A stretch of 64,000 nt of DNA from Gammaproteobacteria bacterium (GTDB lineage: Bacteria; Pseudomonadota; Gammaproteobacteria; Ga0077536). Position numbers and translations under genes: made by a program. The DNA is taken from assembly GCA_024234975.1 (NCBI GenBank), contig JACKNH010000004.1, forward strand, positions 150,310 to 214,309. The letters are read 5' to 3'. The notes beneath the pieces are model-generated. The model saw only the letters and a program-made list of their open reading frames with translations. It had not been told where the DNA came from and made no database searches. Below, piece after piece: positions 27,627 to 35,804 of this stretch (position 1 is its first letter; the number at the start of each line of letters is the position of its first letter).

Positions 27627-28606
27627 TGGCCGCCACCGCTGGCCGAAGCTTCACGCCCACGTAATAACTTCTTGCAGCGCTTATGGCTTTTCGGCGCCGC
27701 TATCTTCTGCAACGCCTTGCACGCCTTGGCCTTGATCGCGGCACGTTCCCGGCGCCGACGCTTTTGCAGCCGGCGCAGCTCGCGCCCTGCGCCACGATGC
27801 TTGCGCGGGCTGTGGCGCAATTCGTTGCGCCAGTTCTTCAGCAGTACCACCTGGGCTTCCAGGTCGCAGAACGCGCCCAGCGCATTCTGCAATTTCTTCA
27901 GCCGCGCCAGTAACTTTTCTCTGCGTTCAGGATCGTAAGCGTGTGGAAATGCTTCCAACTGGTAACGCAGTTGCTTGCCGAGGATACGTACATCATGGAT
28001 GCGCCGTGGCGTCGGTTTTCGCAGTGCATTGCGCGCCGCGCGGCGGAAGTCATCATAGCTGGCGCGGATTATCTTGTGGATGAAACGCAGCGCCCGCGGG
28101 TCCTGCGGTGCAGGGCTCAGCAGCGCTGCCAGTGACGTCACCCAATGCGAGCGCAGATCGCGATAGACCTCGCTCTCCAGCATGATGCGCACGCGGTGTT
28201 GTTCGTCGGCGATATCGCGTGCGAGCAGCGATGACAGCATGGAATAGGTGATGGATTTCTTGAACTCGCCGCGCATCTGCTTGCGCAGCAGGCCCAGCAA
28301 CACGTCAAGGTCACGTTGGTGGCTGGTGGCGGACTGCAGCCAGCGCATGCCTTGCGCCAGTGGACGCGTCAATTGCTTGCTCAGACTGTGCTTGAGAAAT
28401 GGCAGCAGCGCACGGGTACGACGGATCGCGATGCGCGCTTCATGCAGCGCGTCTGCGTTCGGGGTTTCCAGCCAGGCGCCGAGTTGCTGGTCGATCTGAT
28501 AGACCTGCGCCTGCAGGATCGCCGCGGCCAATGATTGCAGCGAAGGCACTGCCGGACGTGGCGTCGGCGGTAGGGTCTGGCTGGAATATGGCAGTTCCTG
28601 GCTCAT
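27623..28606 (-). CDS. CHAD domain-containing protein with a strongly basic C-terminal tail
   Basis: CHAD-type conserved His/Arg helices: LHEARIAIRRTRALLPFL, IHDVRILGKQLRYQLEAF and LKKLQNALGAFCDLEAQ. By my count the last 68 aa contain 25 Lys/Arg (…LQKRRRRERAAIKAKACKALQKIAAPKSHKRCKKLLRGRE…). Confidence 0.8.
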   Translation of the reverse strand: MSQELPYSSQTLPPTPRPAVPSLQSLAAAILQAQVYQIDQQLGAWLETPNADALHEARIAIRRTRALLPFLKHSLSKQLTRPLAQGMRWLQSATSHQRDLDVLLGLLRKQMRGEFKKSITYSMLSSLLARDIADEQHRVRIMLESEVYRDLRSHWVTSLAALLSPAPQDPRALRFIHKIIRASYDDFRRAARNALRKPTPRRIHDVRILGKQLRYQLEAFPHAYDPERREKLLARLKKLQNALGAFCDLEAQVVLLKNWRNELRHSPRKHRGAGRELRRLQKRRRRERAAIKAKACKALQKIAAPKSHKRCKKLLRGREASASGGGQ

Positions 28607-28693
28607 GCGCTTATCGACGTCCGGACGTGCGCGCTACATTAACACGAGAAGCCGCTGTGCTTCACCGCACGCAAATACAATGGCTGATCACGG

Positions 28694-28715
28694 ATTCCGG
28701 CGCCGTGACCGGAAT
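28694..28715 (-). terminator. Hairpin 3 nt after the phoH2 stop (weak terminator or attenuator candidate)
   Basis: Minus strand ATTCCGG-tcacggcg-CCGGAAT, a 7-bp stem with an 8-nt loop. No U tract follows. Confidence 0.3.
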
Positions 28716-28717
28716 TG

Positions 28718-30172
28718 TCAGAGGTTCGCCGCGGCGAAGTCTGCCAGCGGTGAGCGTTCGCCGCGGGCAAGGATGATGTGGCCGGCGCCGGACCAGGTCT
28801 TGAAACGATCCACCACGTAGGTAAGACCCGAGGTGGTGGCGCTGAGATACGGCGTGTCGATCTGCGCGATATTACCCAGACAGACGATCTTGGTGCCGTT
28901 GCCGGCACGGGTGATCAGCGTCTTCATCTGCTTGGCGGAGAGATTCTGCGCTTCATCGATGATGACGTAGCGATCGAGAAACGTCCGGCCGCGCATGAAA
29001 TTCAGCGAGCGGATCTTGATCCGGTGGCTCAACATGTCATTGGTGACGGCGCGGCCCCATTCACCGCCTTCTTCACTGACCGTCAGCACTTCGAGGTTGT
29101 CCAGCAGCGCGCCCATCCACGGCGTCATCTTTTCCTCTTCCGAACCGGGCAGAAAACCGATGTCCTCGCCGACCGGGATCGTTTCGCGGGTGACGATGAT
29201 TTCGCGGTACAGCTTGTGTTCCATGGTCTGCGCCAGCCCTGCGGCCAGCGCCAGCAGCGTCTTGCCGGTACCGGCGGTGCCGAGCAACGTGACGAAGCTG
29301 ATATCGGGGTCCATCAGCATGTTGAGCGCAAAGTTCTGCTCACGGTTGCGGGCCATGATGCCCCACACCGCGTGCTTGGTGTTGCGATAGTCGGTGACCT
29401 GTTGCAACACGAACTTGCGCTTGGGATCTTCCCGCACAATCACTTCAATGCCGCTGTCCTCATCGCCATACAGGCAGAGGTTGGGAAATACCGGCATGTC
29501 TTCCGGCAGGTTAGGCAGTGCGTAGAAGGTATGCCCGTTGGCCTGCCACACCTCCAGGTTCGCGCCCTGGCGCTCCCAGACATCCGGCGGCAGCGGCGCG
29601 ACGCCGGAGTACAACAAATCCACGTCGTCCAGCACCTGGTCGCTGTAATAATCCTCGGCAACCAGGCCCAGCATGCGCGCCTTGATGCGCAGATTGATGT
29701 CTTTGGAAACCAGCACGATTTCCTGGTCGGTGTAGTGGCCGACCATGGTCAACGCGATGGCGATGATGGTGTTGTCGGGCACGCTGCCGGGCAGATCCTG
29801 CGGCAGCGCGCCGTCGAATAATTCGGTCTGCAGGTACAGTTTGCCGCTGGGGCTGACCAGTCCCGCGCCTTCGCCGGGTGCTGGCAGGGCCAGGCCATCG
29901 CGCAGAGCGGTGAGATCCGACTCGCCGATCAGTCCATCGAGAAAGCGGCTGACCTGACGCGCACTGCGCGCCACTTCCGAGGTGCCCTTCTTGGCGTGAT
30001 CCAGTTCCTCGATGACCGCCATCGGCAGGAAGATATCGTTTTCCTTGAAGCGGAACAGCGCGGTCGGATCGTGCAGCAACACGTTGGTGTCCAGCACGTA
30101 CATCCGGCGACGTTCGGGGTCGCGCGGCGGATTGTGGGCGGAACGGCCTGCAGGCTGCTCGCCAGCGGTCAT
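28718..30172 (-). CDS. PhoH2-type protein: N-terminal PIN domain fused to a PhoH-like ATPase
   Basis: PIN domain: MYVLDTNVLLHDPTALFRFKENDIFLPMAVIEELD. P-loop: VTLLGTAGTGKTLLALA. PhoH core: YVIIDEAQNLSAKQMKTLITRAGNGTKIVCLGNIAQID. The ATG at 30172 overlaps the gcvR TGA (ATGA). An alternative ATG lies at 30103. Confidence 0.85.
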   Translation of the reverse strand: MTAGEQPAGRSAHNPPRDPERRRMYVLDTNVLLHDPTALFRFKENDIFLPMAVIEELDHAKKGTSEVARSARQVSRFLDGLIGESDLTALRDGLALPAPGEGAGLVSPSGKLYLQTELFDGALPQDLPGSVPDNTIIAIALTMVGHYTDQEIVLVSKDINLRIKARMLGLVAEDYYSDQVLDDVDLLYSGVAPLPPDVWERQGANLEVWQANGHTFYALPNLPEDMPVFPNLCLYGDEDSGIEVIVREDPKRKFVLQQVTDYRNTKHAVWGIMARNREQNFALNMLMDPDISFVTLLGTAGTGKTLLALAAGLAQTMEHKLYREIIVTRETIPVGEDIGFLPGSEEEKMTPWMGALLDNLEVLTVSEEGGEWGRAVTNDMLSHRIKIRSLNFMRGRTFLDRYVIIDEAQNLSAKQMKTLITRAGNGTKIVCLGNIAQIDTPYLSATTSGLTYVVDRFKTWSGAGHIILARGERSPLADFAAANL

Positions 30173-30699
30173 TTCACCGGCTCCATAATCGCGTCAAGAT
30201 TCAGGTGATCGCAGAAATCCATGAATTCTCCGCGCAACGCGGCGATCGAGATATCGGTCGGGATGCTGATGGTCAGATGCAGCGAGAACATCGGCGTTGC
30301 GGTATGCGCGGCGGCGTAGGTGCCGGAGATCAGCTCTTCGATATTGATCTCGCGGGCGGTGAAGAACTGGCTGATATCGTGGACGATACCGATCTGGTCC
30401 ACCGCCACGACTTCCACGGCATAGGGCATGAAATTGCCACTGCGCTTGCGTGCTTCCGAACGGCGGGTCGTGAGCGTCAACCGCAATTGTTCTGCCAGGC
30501 GGTTCTGAATGTTTTCGAATTTGGCGATGGAATCCCAGCTGCCGGTCAGCATGATCATCATGCACAACGAGTCGCCCATTACGGCCATGCGGCTGTCTGC
30601 CACGCTGCAGCCGCAGTCCTTGATTGCTTTGGTGAACGATTCAACGAGATCCGGACGGTTTTGTCCGATGGCGGTCAGGGCCAGGTAGTTTTGCATCAA
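30169..30699 (-). CDS. gcvR: Glycine cleavage system transcriptional repressor-like protein (tandem ACT domains)
   Basis: YLALTAIGQNRPDLVESFTKAIKDCGCSVADSRMAVMGDSLCMMIMLTGSWDSI parallels E. coli GcvR. It is divergent from dapA, as in E. coli. Confidence 0.8.
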   Translation of the reverse strand: MMQNYLALTAIGQNRPDLVESFTKAIKDCGCSVADSRMAVMGDSLCMMIMLTGSWDSIAKFENIQNRLAEQLRLTLTTRRSEARKRSGNFMPYAVEVVAVDQIGIVHDISQFFTAREINIEELISGTYAAAHTATPMFSLHLTISIPTDISIAALRGEFMDFCDHLNLDAIMEPVK

Positions 30700-30795
30700 T
30701 CAGTTAGCGGTTCAGGAAGTGGCGACGGCGTGTGGATTGCGCCCATTGTGCACGCTTTGATGGCGGCTCGGCAAGCAACCCGGTGCCCGCGATTC

Positions 30796-30824
30796 TTGTC
30801 TTGGCGCAGGCGCGCGGCTAACAT
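30796..30824 (+). promoter_or_regulatory. Candidate sigma70 promoter for dapA (TTGTCT-17 nt-TAACAT)
   Basis: The -35 is at 30796-30801 and the -10 at 30819-30824, 28 nt upstream of the dapA ATG. Confidence 0.3.
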
Positions 30825-30852
30825 AACTGATTGAAAAAAATTAGGTAATCCT

Positions 30853-31743
30853 ATGTTCCGTGGCAGTATGGTCGCCTTGGTGACGCCAATGACCACTGGC
30901 GTTGGCGTACAGACGCCGCTGGATTTCGCCCGCCTCGAGCGGCTGGTGGAATTTCATATCGAGCAGGGGACGGATGCGATCGTCGCGGTGGGCACCACCG
31001 GCGAATCGGCGACACTGACGGAAGCCGAACACGTTGAAGTCATACGCCGGACGGTGGAATTCGTCGGCGGTCGCGTGCCGGTAATCGCCGGCACCGGCGC
31101 CAACTCGACGCTGGAGGCAATTCTGTGGACACAGCAGGCCCAGGATGCCGGGGCCGACGCGTGTCTGCTGGTGACGCCTTATTACAACAAGCCAACGCAG
31201 GAAGGCCTGTACCTCCATCACAAGGCGATCGCGGATGCGGTCGATATCCCGCAGATTCTGTACAATGTGCCCGGCCGCACGGCCTGCGATATGCAGCCGG
31301 AAACGGTTGGCCGGCTGGCGGAAGTCGACAACATCATCGGCATCAAGGAAGCCACCGGTGATATCAGTCGCGTCGCGCGTCTGCGCGAACTGTGCGGCGA
31401 TGATTTCATGCTGTACTCAGGTGATGACGCCACTTCGCTGGCATTCATGGCCGCTGGCGGCCATGGCGTGATATCTGTCACAGCAAATGTGGTTCCGGCG
31501 TTGATGCATCAGATGTGCGCGGCGATGCTGGCCGGTGATCGTGCCACCGCCGAGTCTCTGGATGGGCGCATGCAAGCGCTGCATCGGGATCTGTTCGTTG
31601 AATCGAACCCGATCCCGGTCAAATGGGCGGTGGCTGAACTCGGCCTGGTCGCCGCCGGCATCAGGTTGCCGTTGACCTGGCTGGCCGAGCCTGCACAACC
31701 GGTGGTCCGCAAGGCAATGGCCGCGGCAGGTATCGCGGTTTGA
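30853..31743 (+). CDS. dapA: 4-hydroxy-tetrahydrodipicolinate synthase
   Basis: [13 protein letters not shown]...[18 protein letters not shown]...[12 protein letters not shown]...ILYNVPGRT...GIKEATGD. Confidence 0.95.
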   Translation: MFRGSMVALVTPMTTGVGVQTPLDFARLERLVEFHIEQGTDAIVAVGTTGESATLTEAEHVEVIRRTVEFVGGRVPVIAGTGANSTLEAILWTQQAQDAGADACLLVTPYYNKPTQEGLYLHHKAIADAVDIPQILYNVPGRTACDMQPETVGRLAEVDNIIGIKEATGDISRVARLRELCGDDFMLYSGDDATSLAFMAAGGHGVISVTANVVPALMHQMCAAMLAGDRATAESLDGRMQALHRDLFVESNPIPVKWAVAELGLVAAGIRLPLTWLAEPAQPVVRKAMAAAGIAV

Positions 31744-31838
31744 CATTTTCATCGCGCATTAAGGGCGCGTTAAGGCTGGCGGGATAGTCTGGCAGGACCT
31801 TCCGGCTGGCAATCGCAGAATTCAACAAGGGGTTAGTC

Positions 31839-32963
31839 ATGGTGCGTTCGGTCGTAATGCTGGTGACGTGTTCAGTTGCACTCACCGGGTGTGGTTTATT
31901 TGACGGTTTCGACCGTGTACTGCCGGATCGCCGTACGGACTACCAACGGGCGGAATCGCTGCCCGATCTCGAAGTACCCCCTGAACTGACGACCGACGCC
32001 ATCCAGGACCGGCTGCCGATCCCGGCGGCCGGCAGCTCCAACTTCGCAACATTCCAGGATCGTACGGCGCAGTCCAGCGTATCTGAAGCACCGGGCGGCG
32101 CCGCGCAGCCGCCAGCCAATCCCGGCGTGCGCCTGGTGGATGCCGGTGGCGGTCGTACCTTCCTGCGCCTGGATGCCACCGTGGCGGATTCGGTCCAGGC
32201 GGTCACCCGCGCGCTGAACCAGGCCGGAGTGAAAATCACCGATACCGATGCCGCGGCCGGTCTGATCGAAGTGAATCAGCCTCCGGCGGGTCAGACCGAC
32301 GAGAAGAAGGGCGTATTGTCCCGGTTGAAATTCTGGGGCAAGGACAAGGGCACGGATTACCGCATTCATCTGACCGACAACGCAGGCCTGACCGAACTCA
32401 CGGTGCATGACAGCAACGACGCTTGGGATACCAGCGTCCCCGCACAGCAATTCGTGTCATTGATCCAGCAGAATCTGCGGATTACCCCGCGCGCTTCGTT
32501 TGCGGCGCCGGTCGAGGCAGCGCGTCCGATACAGCAGCGGCCCGCGGCGCCGGTCGAACGGCCCGCACCGCCGGTTGAACGGGCAACGACCACGAATGAA
32601 TCGCAGTTCCGGCTGATGAACGCCGGCAGCGGCCGGGTCTTCGTTCGCCTCGCGCAACCGGTGCCAGCCGCGTTGGCGTCGGTTTCCGCCGCATTGATGC
32701 AGGCCGGCGTCGAAGTCACCGAATCCGATCAGTCTGCCGGCGTGCTGGAAGTTCGCTTGCCGCCAGCCGGCGCGGGCGACGAAAAGAAGGGCGTGCTGTC
32801 GCGGCTGAAATTCTGGGGCAAGGACAAGGGCACCGAATACCGTATCCATCTGACGGACAACGATGGCGTCACCGAGATGACCGTGCACGATATGGACGAC
32901 AACTGGGATACCAGCGAGCCGGCCCAGGAATTCGTCAATCTGATTTACCAGAACCTGCAGTAA
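31839..32963 (+). CDS. bamC: Outer membrane protein assembly factor BamC (lipoprotein) with two unusually similar C-terminal domains
   Basis: Lipobox VALTGC. N-terminal DYQRAESLPDLEVPPELT. Two helix-grip-like domains. It sits directly downstream of dapA, as in E. coli and Pseudomonas. Confidence 0.85.
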   Translation: MVRSVVMLVTCSVALTGCGLFDGFDRVLPDRRTDYQRAESLPDLEVPPELTTDAIQDRLPIPAAGSSNFATFQDRTAQSSVSEAPGGAAQPPANPGVRLVDAGGGRTFLRLDATVADSVQAVTRALNQAGVKITDTDAAAGLIEVNQPPAGQTDEKKGVLSRLKFWGKDKGTDYRIHLTDNAGLTELTVHDSNDAWDTSVPAQQFVSLIQQNLRITPRASFAAPVEAARPIQQRPAAPVERPAPPVERATTTNESQFRLMNAGSGRVFVRLAQPVPAALASVSAALMQAGVEVTESDQSAGVLEVRLPPAGAGDEKKGVLSRLKFWGKDKGTEYRIHLTDNDGVTEMTVHDMDDNWDTSEPAQEFVNLIYQNLQ

Positions 32964-32979
32964 GCACCCGCTGCAAATC

Positions 32980-33007
32980 GCCTGTGGAGGGCTTGCCCGC
33001 CACAGGC
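32980..33007 (+). terminator. Hairpin downstream of bamC
   Basis: GCCTGTGG-12 nt loop-CCACAGGC, an 8-bp stem, 17 nt after the TAA and followed by gttctctg. Confidence 0.4.
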
Positions 33008-33076
33008 GTTCTCTGCATCGACGGAACCCACCTGACGCATTGGCCAGCCCGGCAGCTTGAGACCTTGTCAGGTAGA

Positions 33077-33099
33077 GCTCGCCCCGGACCAGGGCGAGC
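33077..33099 (-). terminator. Hairpin downstream of der
   Basis: GCTCGCCC-7 nt loop-GGGCGAGC, an 8-bp stem, 25 nt after the der stop. No clear U tract. Confidence 0.35.
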
Positions 33100-33123
33100 A
33101 GGATCTTTGCCCGCCAGACACCG

Positions 33124-34512
33124 CTACTTCTTGTGAAAGGCCATCATCCGGCGCCGCTTGCGGATCTGCCGCTGGGTCAACTCGTTGCGTCGGCCGGCAA
33201 ACGGATTTTCACCCTGGCGGAATTCGATGCGGACCGGTGTGCCGGTCAGCTTGAAGGCTTCACGGAAACAACTTTCCAGATACCGGCGGTAGGCCATGGG
33301 CACCGATTCAGTCTGGTTGCCGTGAATGATGAAAGTGGGCGGGTTGTTGCCGCCTTGATGCGCATAGCGCAACTTGATTCGGCGGCCACGCACCAGCGGC
33401 GGCTGATGGTTGGCCACCGCACGTTCCAGCACGTTGTTCACCTGGCTGGTGGAGGCCTGGTAGAACGCCGCCGCGGCGGCCTTGTCGATCAGCGAAAACA
33501 GGTTGCCGACGCCGGAGCCATGTAGCGCGGATATGTAACGCACCGGCGCGTAAGACACGAACCGCAACTTGCGATCGACCTCCTGTTTGACCCGCTCGCG
33601 CACGTCATGGGCCAGGCCATCCCACTTGTTCATTGCAATGACCAGCGCCCGCCCGCTGCCCAGGCACATGCCCAGCAGACCGGTATCCTGATCCGTCACC
33701 GGCTCGGTGGCGTCCATTACGAAGACGATGACATTGGCGAGATCGATGGACGCCAGTGCGGCGACCACGCTGAATTTTTCCACGGTCTCCTGCACGCGGG
33801 CGCGGCGGCGGATCCCCGCGGTATCGATCAGCGTGTATTGTTTGCCGTCGCGCTCGAACGCAATGGCGATGCTGTCGCGCGTGGTGCCGGGAATATCGGA
33901 GGTGATGACGCGGTCTTCACCCAGCATGCGGTTGACCAGCGTCGACTTGCCGACATTCGGACGTCCCACCACCGCAATACGCACGCCGCCGCCGCTTGCA
34001 TCCTCCAGCGGCTCGGCGTTCTCGGGAATTCTCTCGCAGATGAGTTCGCCGATTTCATCCATGCCAAGCCCGCTGCGCGCGGCCACGCCCAGTGGTGCGC
34101 CATAGCCCAGTGCGTGGAAATCACTGACGGCGATGGAGGCATCGTTATCGTCGATTTTGTTGACGATGAGAACGGTCTTGTCCTGCCATTTACGCACAGC
34201 CTTTGCCAGCTCGAAATCCACCGGCGACGGTCCGCTCTGGGCGTCGACCACGAACAGAATGCAGTCTGCTTCAGCGGCGGCCTGCAGCGCCTGATGGTGT
34301 ACGAGTTCGCCCAGCTCGGACGAGTCATCGAACAAGCCGCCCGTATCGATCACGATGTAGGGTCGATCGCCGACCTTCCCCACGCCGACCTTGCGGTCAC
34401 GGGTCATGCCGGGCGTATCGGCCACCAGCGCGTCACGAGTGCGCGTCAGCCGATTGAACAACGTAGACTTGCCGACATTTGGTCGGCCGATGATGGCTAC
34501 GACGAACGGCAT
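33124..34512 (-). CDS. der: Ribosome-associated GTPase Der (EngA)
   Basis: Two G domains: MPFVVAIIGRPNVGKSTLFNRLT and IAVVGRPNVGKSTLVNRM. C-terminal KH-like domain. The ORF-track 80-codon N-terminal extension (to 34752) is rejected. Confidence 0.95.
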   Translation of the reverse strand: MPFVVAIIGRPNVGKSTLFNRLTRTRDALVADTPGMTRDRKVGVGKVGDRPYIVIDTGGLFDDSSELGELVHHQALQAAAEADCILFVVDAQSGPSPVDFELAKAVRKWQDKTVLIVNKIDDNDASIAVSDFHALGYGAPLGVAARSGLGMDEIGELICERIPENAEPLEDASGGGVRIAVVGRPNVGKSTLVNRMLGEDRVITSDIPGTTRDSIAIAFERDGKQYTLIDTAGIRRRARVQETVEKFSVVAALASIDLANVIVFVMDATEPVTDQDTGLLGMCLGSGRALVIAMNKWDGLAHDVRERVKQEVDRKLRFVSYAPVRYISALHGSGVGNLFSLIDKAAAAAFYQASTSQVNNVLERAVANHQPPLVRGRRIKLRYAHQGGNNPPTFIIHGNQTESVPMAYRRYLESCFREAFKLTGTPVRIEFRQGENPFAGRRNELTQRQIRKRRRMMAFHKK

Positions 34513-34610
34513 GATGGGCTGGCCCGGCGGATGTGGCGGCCGTTGGGTTGATTCATTCCTGGCATGGTGGCTCAGTTGCGCGGTGACGCTGGCGAAACAG
34601 CGGATGGCCG

Positions 34611-35804
34611 TCAGTTGAGACGGAAACTGGCCAGCCGACCGCCGGAGGTGAAAGCCACCAGGTGGTCGCCCAACGGGATCGGCGCGGTGAAGATCGGATC
34701 CTTGCCCAGCCGTTCGCGGGCGACGAAGCTGCCGTCGGCGCCGTTCAACCAATGCAGGTAGCCTTCCATGTCGCCGACGACGACGTTGCCGCCGATCGCC
34801 GCGGGCGCGCCAAGTTCGCGATTGAGCAGTGCTTCAGTCCGCCACACCGACGCGCCGGTGAGGCGATCAAGCGCCCATACGCCGCCATCGGTCGCCGCGA
34901 CATAGACACGCCGGCTGTCGACGGCAAGCCCGGCGTAGGATGACATGTCGCGGGTCCACTCGATGCTGCCATCGGTGATCGAAATGGCGGCGACCTGACC
35001 CTGGTAGCTGGCAACGTAGACGGTATCACCGGCCACCATCAGCTCACTGTCGAGATCGACCATGCGTTGCAGGTCGGTACGGCCGGTGGCGACTGCGACT
35101 TCCACCGACCAGACTTCGCGACCACTCTGCAATTCCAGCGCGATCAGGCGCCCGCTGTCGAAGCCCAGCAACACGCGGTCGCGGACAATGGCGGGATTGC
35201 CATTACCACGCAGTGTCAGCACCGGAATGTCACGGTCATAGATCCACAGGCGCGAGCCACTGCGGACATCCAGGCCGATCACGCGCCCATCAATGCTGCG
35301 CGCGACGATGACGCCTTGCGCGGCCTGCGGTGCGGCCAGCACTTCGCTGGAAAGCTGGGTACGCCAGTTTTCGTTGCCGGAGGCCGCGTCCAGCGCGACA
35401 ACTTCACCGTTCTTGGTGCCGACCAGCACCAGGCCATCGCCAACACCCGGACCACCGGTGATCGTGGTCTTCTTGAGATCATGCGACCAGAGCTTACGCC
35501 CGGTATCCTGTTCGAACGCGCCGACTTTGCCGCCGCGCTCGGCGACATACACAACGCCGTCAACGACCACTGGATGCAGCGTGAGGTAGTGCTTGTCGGT
35601 GCCCGAGCCCAACGAAGTCGACCATTGCCGATCCACCGCCATCACCGGGGTGAAATCCTCCAGCGGCGTCGGTTTGACTTCGTCCTTGTCGCTGAACAGG
35701 TTCTTGATGCTGCTGCAGCCGGACAACATGAGCGCGGCGGCAAGCACGATGAGGGTGCGGCGCACCGGCAGTGTAGCGGGATAATTCAGCATGAATGGCA
35801 TCAC
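34611..35804 (-). CDS. bamB: Outer membrane protein assembly factor BamB (PQQ-like beta-propeller lipoprotein)
   Basis: Lipobox LMLSGCSS, with repeated propeller blades (VVYVAERGGKVGAFEQDTGRKLW, LVLVGTKNGEVVALDAASGNENW, ...). It lies in the conserved yfgM-bamB-der order. Confidence 0.92.
   Translation of the reverse strand: MMPFMLNYPATLPVRRTLIVLAAALMLSGCSSIKNLFSDKDEVKPTPLEDFTPVMAVDRQWSTSLGSGTDKHYLTLHPVVVDGVVYVAERGGKVGAFEQDTGRKLWSHDLKKTTITGGPGVGDGLVLVGTKNGEVVALDAASGNENWRTQLSSEVLAAPQAAQGVIVARSIDGRVIGLDVRSGSRLWIYDRDIPVLTLRGNGNPAIVRDRVLLGFDSGRLIALELQSGREVWSVEVAVATGRTDLQRMVDLDSELMVAGDTVYVASYQGQVAAISITDGSIEWTRDMSSYAGLAVDSRRVYVAATDGGVWALDRLTGASVWRTEALLNRELGAPAAIGGNVVVGDMEGYLHWLNGADGSFVARERLGKDPIFTAPIPLGDHLVAFTSGGRLASFRLN

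Noticed and set aside
28705-28721. A Pho-box-like direct repeat (minus strand CTGACAATTCCGGTCAC) at the phoH2/CHAD junction.
   Set aside because: Each half matches only 5/7 of CTGTCAT, and the spacing is 10 nt rather than 11. It also coincides with the post-stop hairpin. This is too weak to call without a matrix search.
33124-34752. N-terminal extensions implied by the ORF track for der (to 34752), sufA (to 47181), iscR (to 47650), trpE (to 22886), tex (to 21240), queG (to 26959), lptG (from 57514) and the acyltransferase (to 25832).
   Set aside because: In each case the conserved family N-terminus begins at an internal ATG/GTG (for example MPFVVAIIGRPNVGKS and MKLTTRGRY). The upstream residues are low-complexity and overlap neighbouring genes or promoters.
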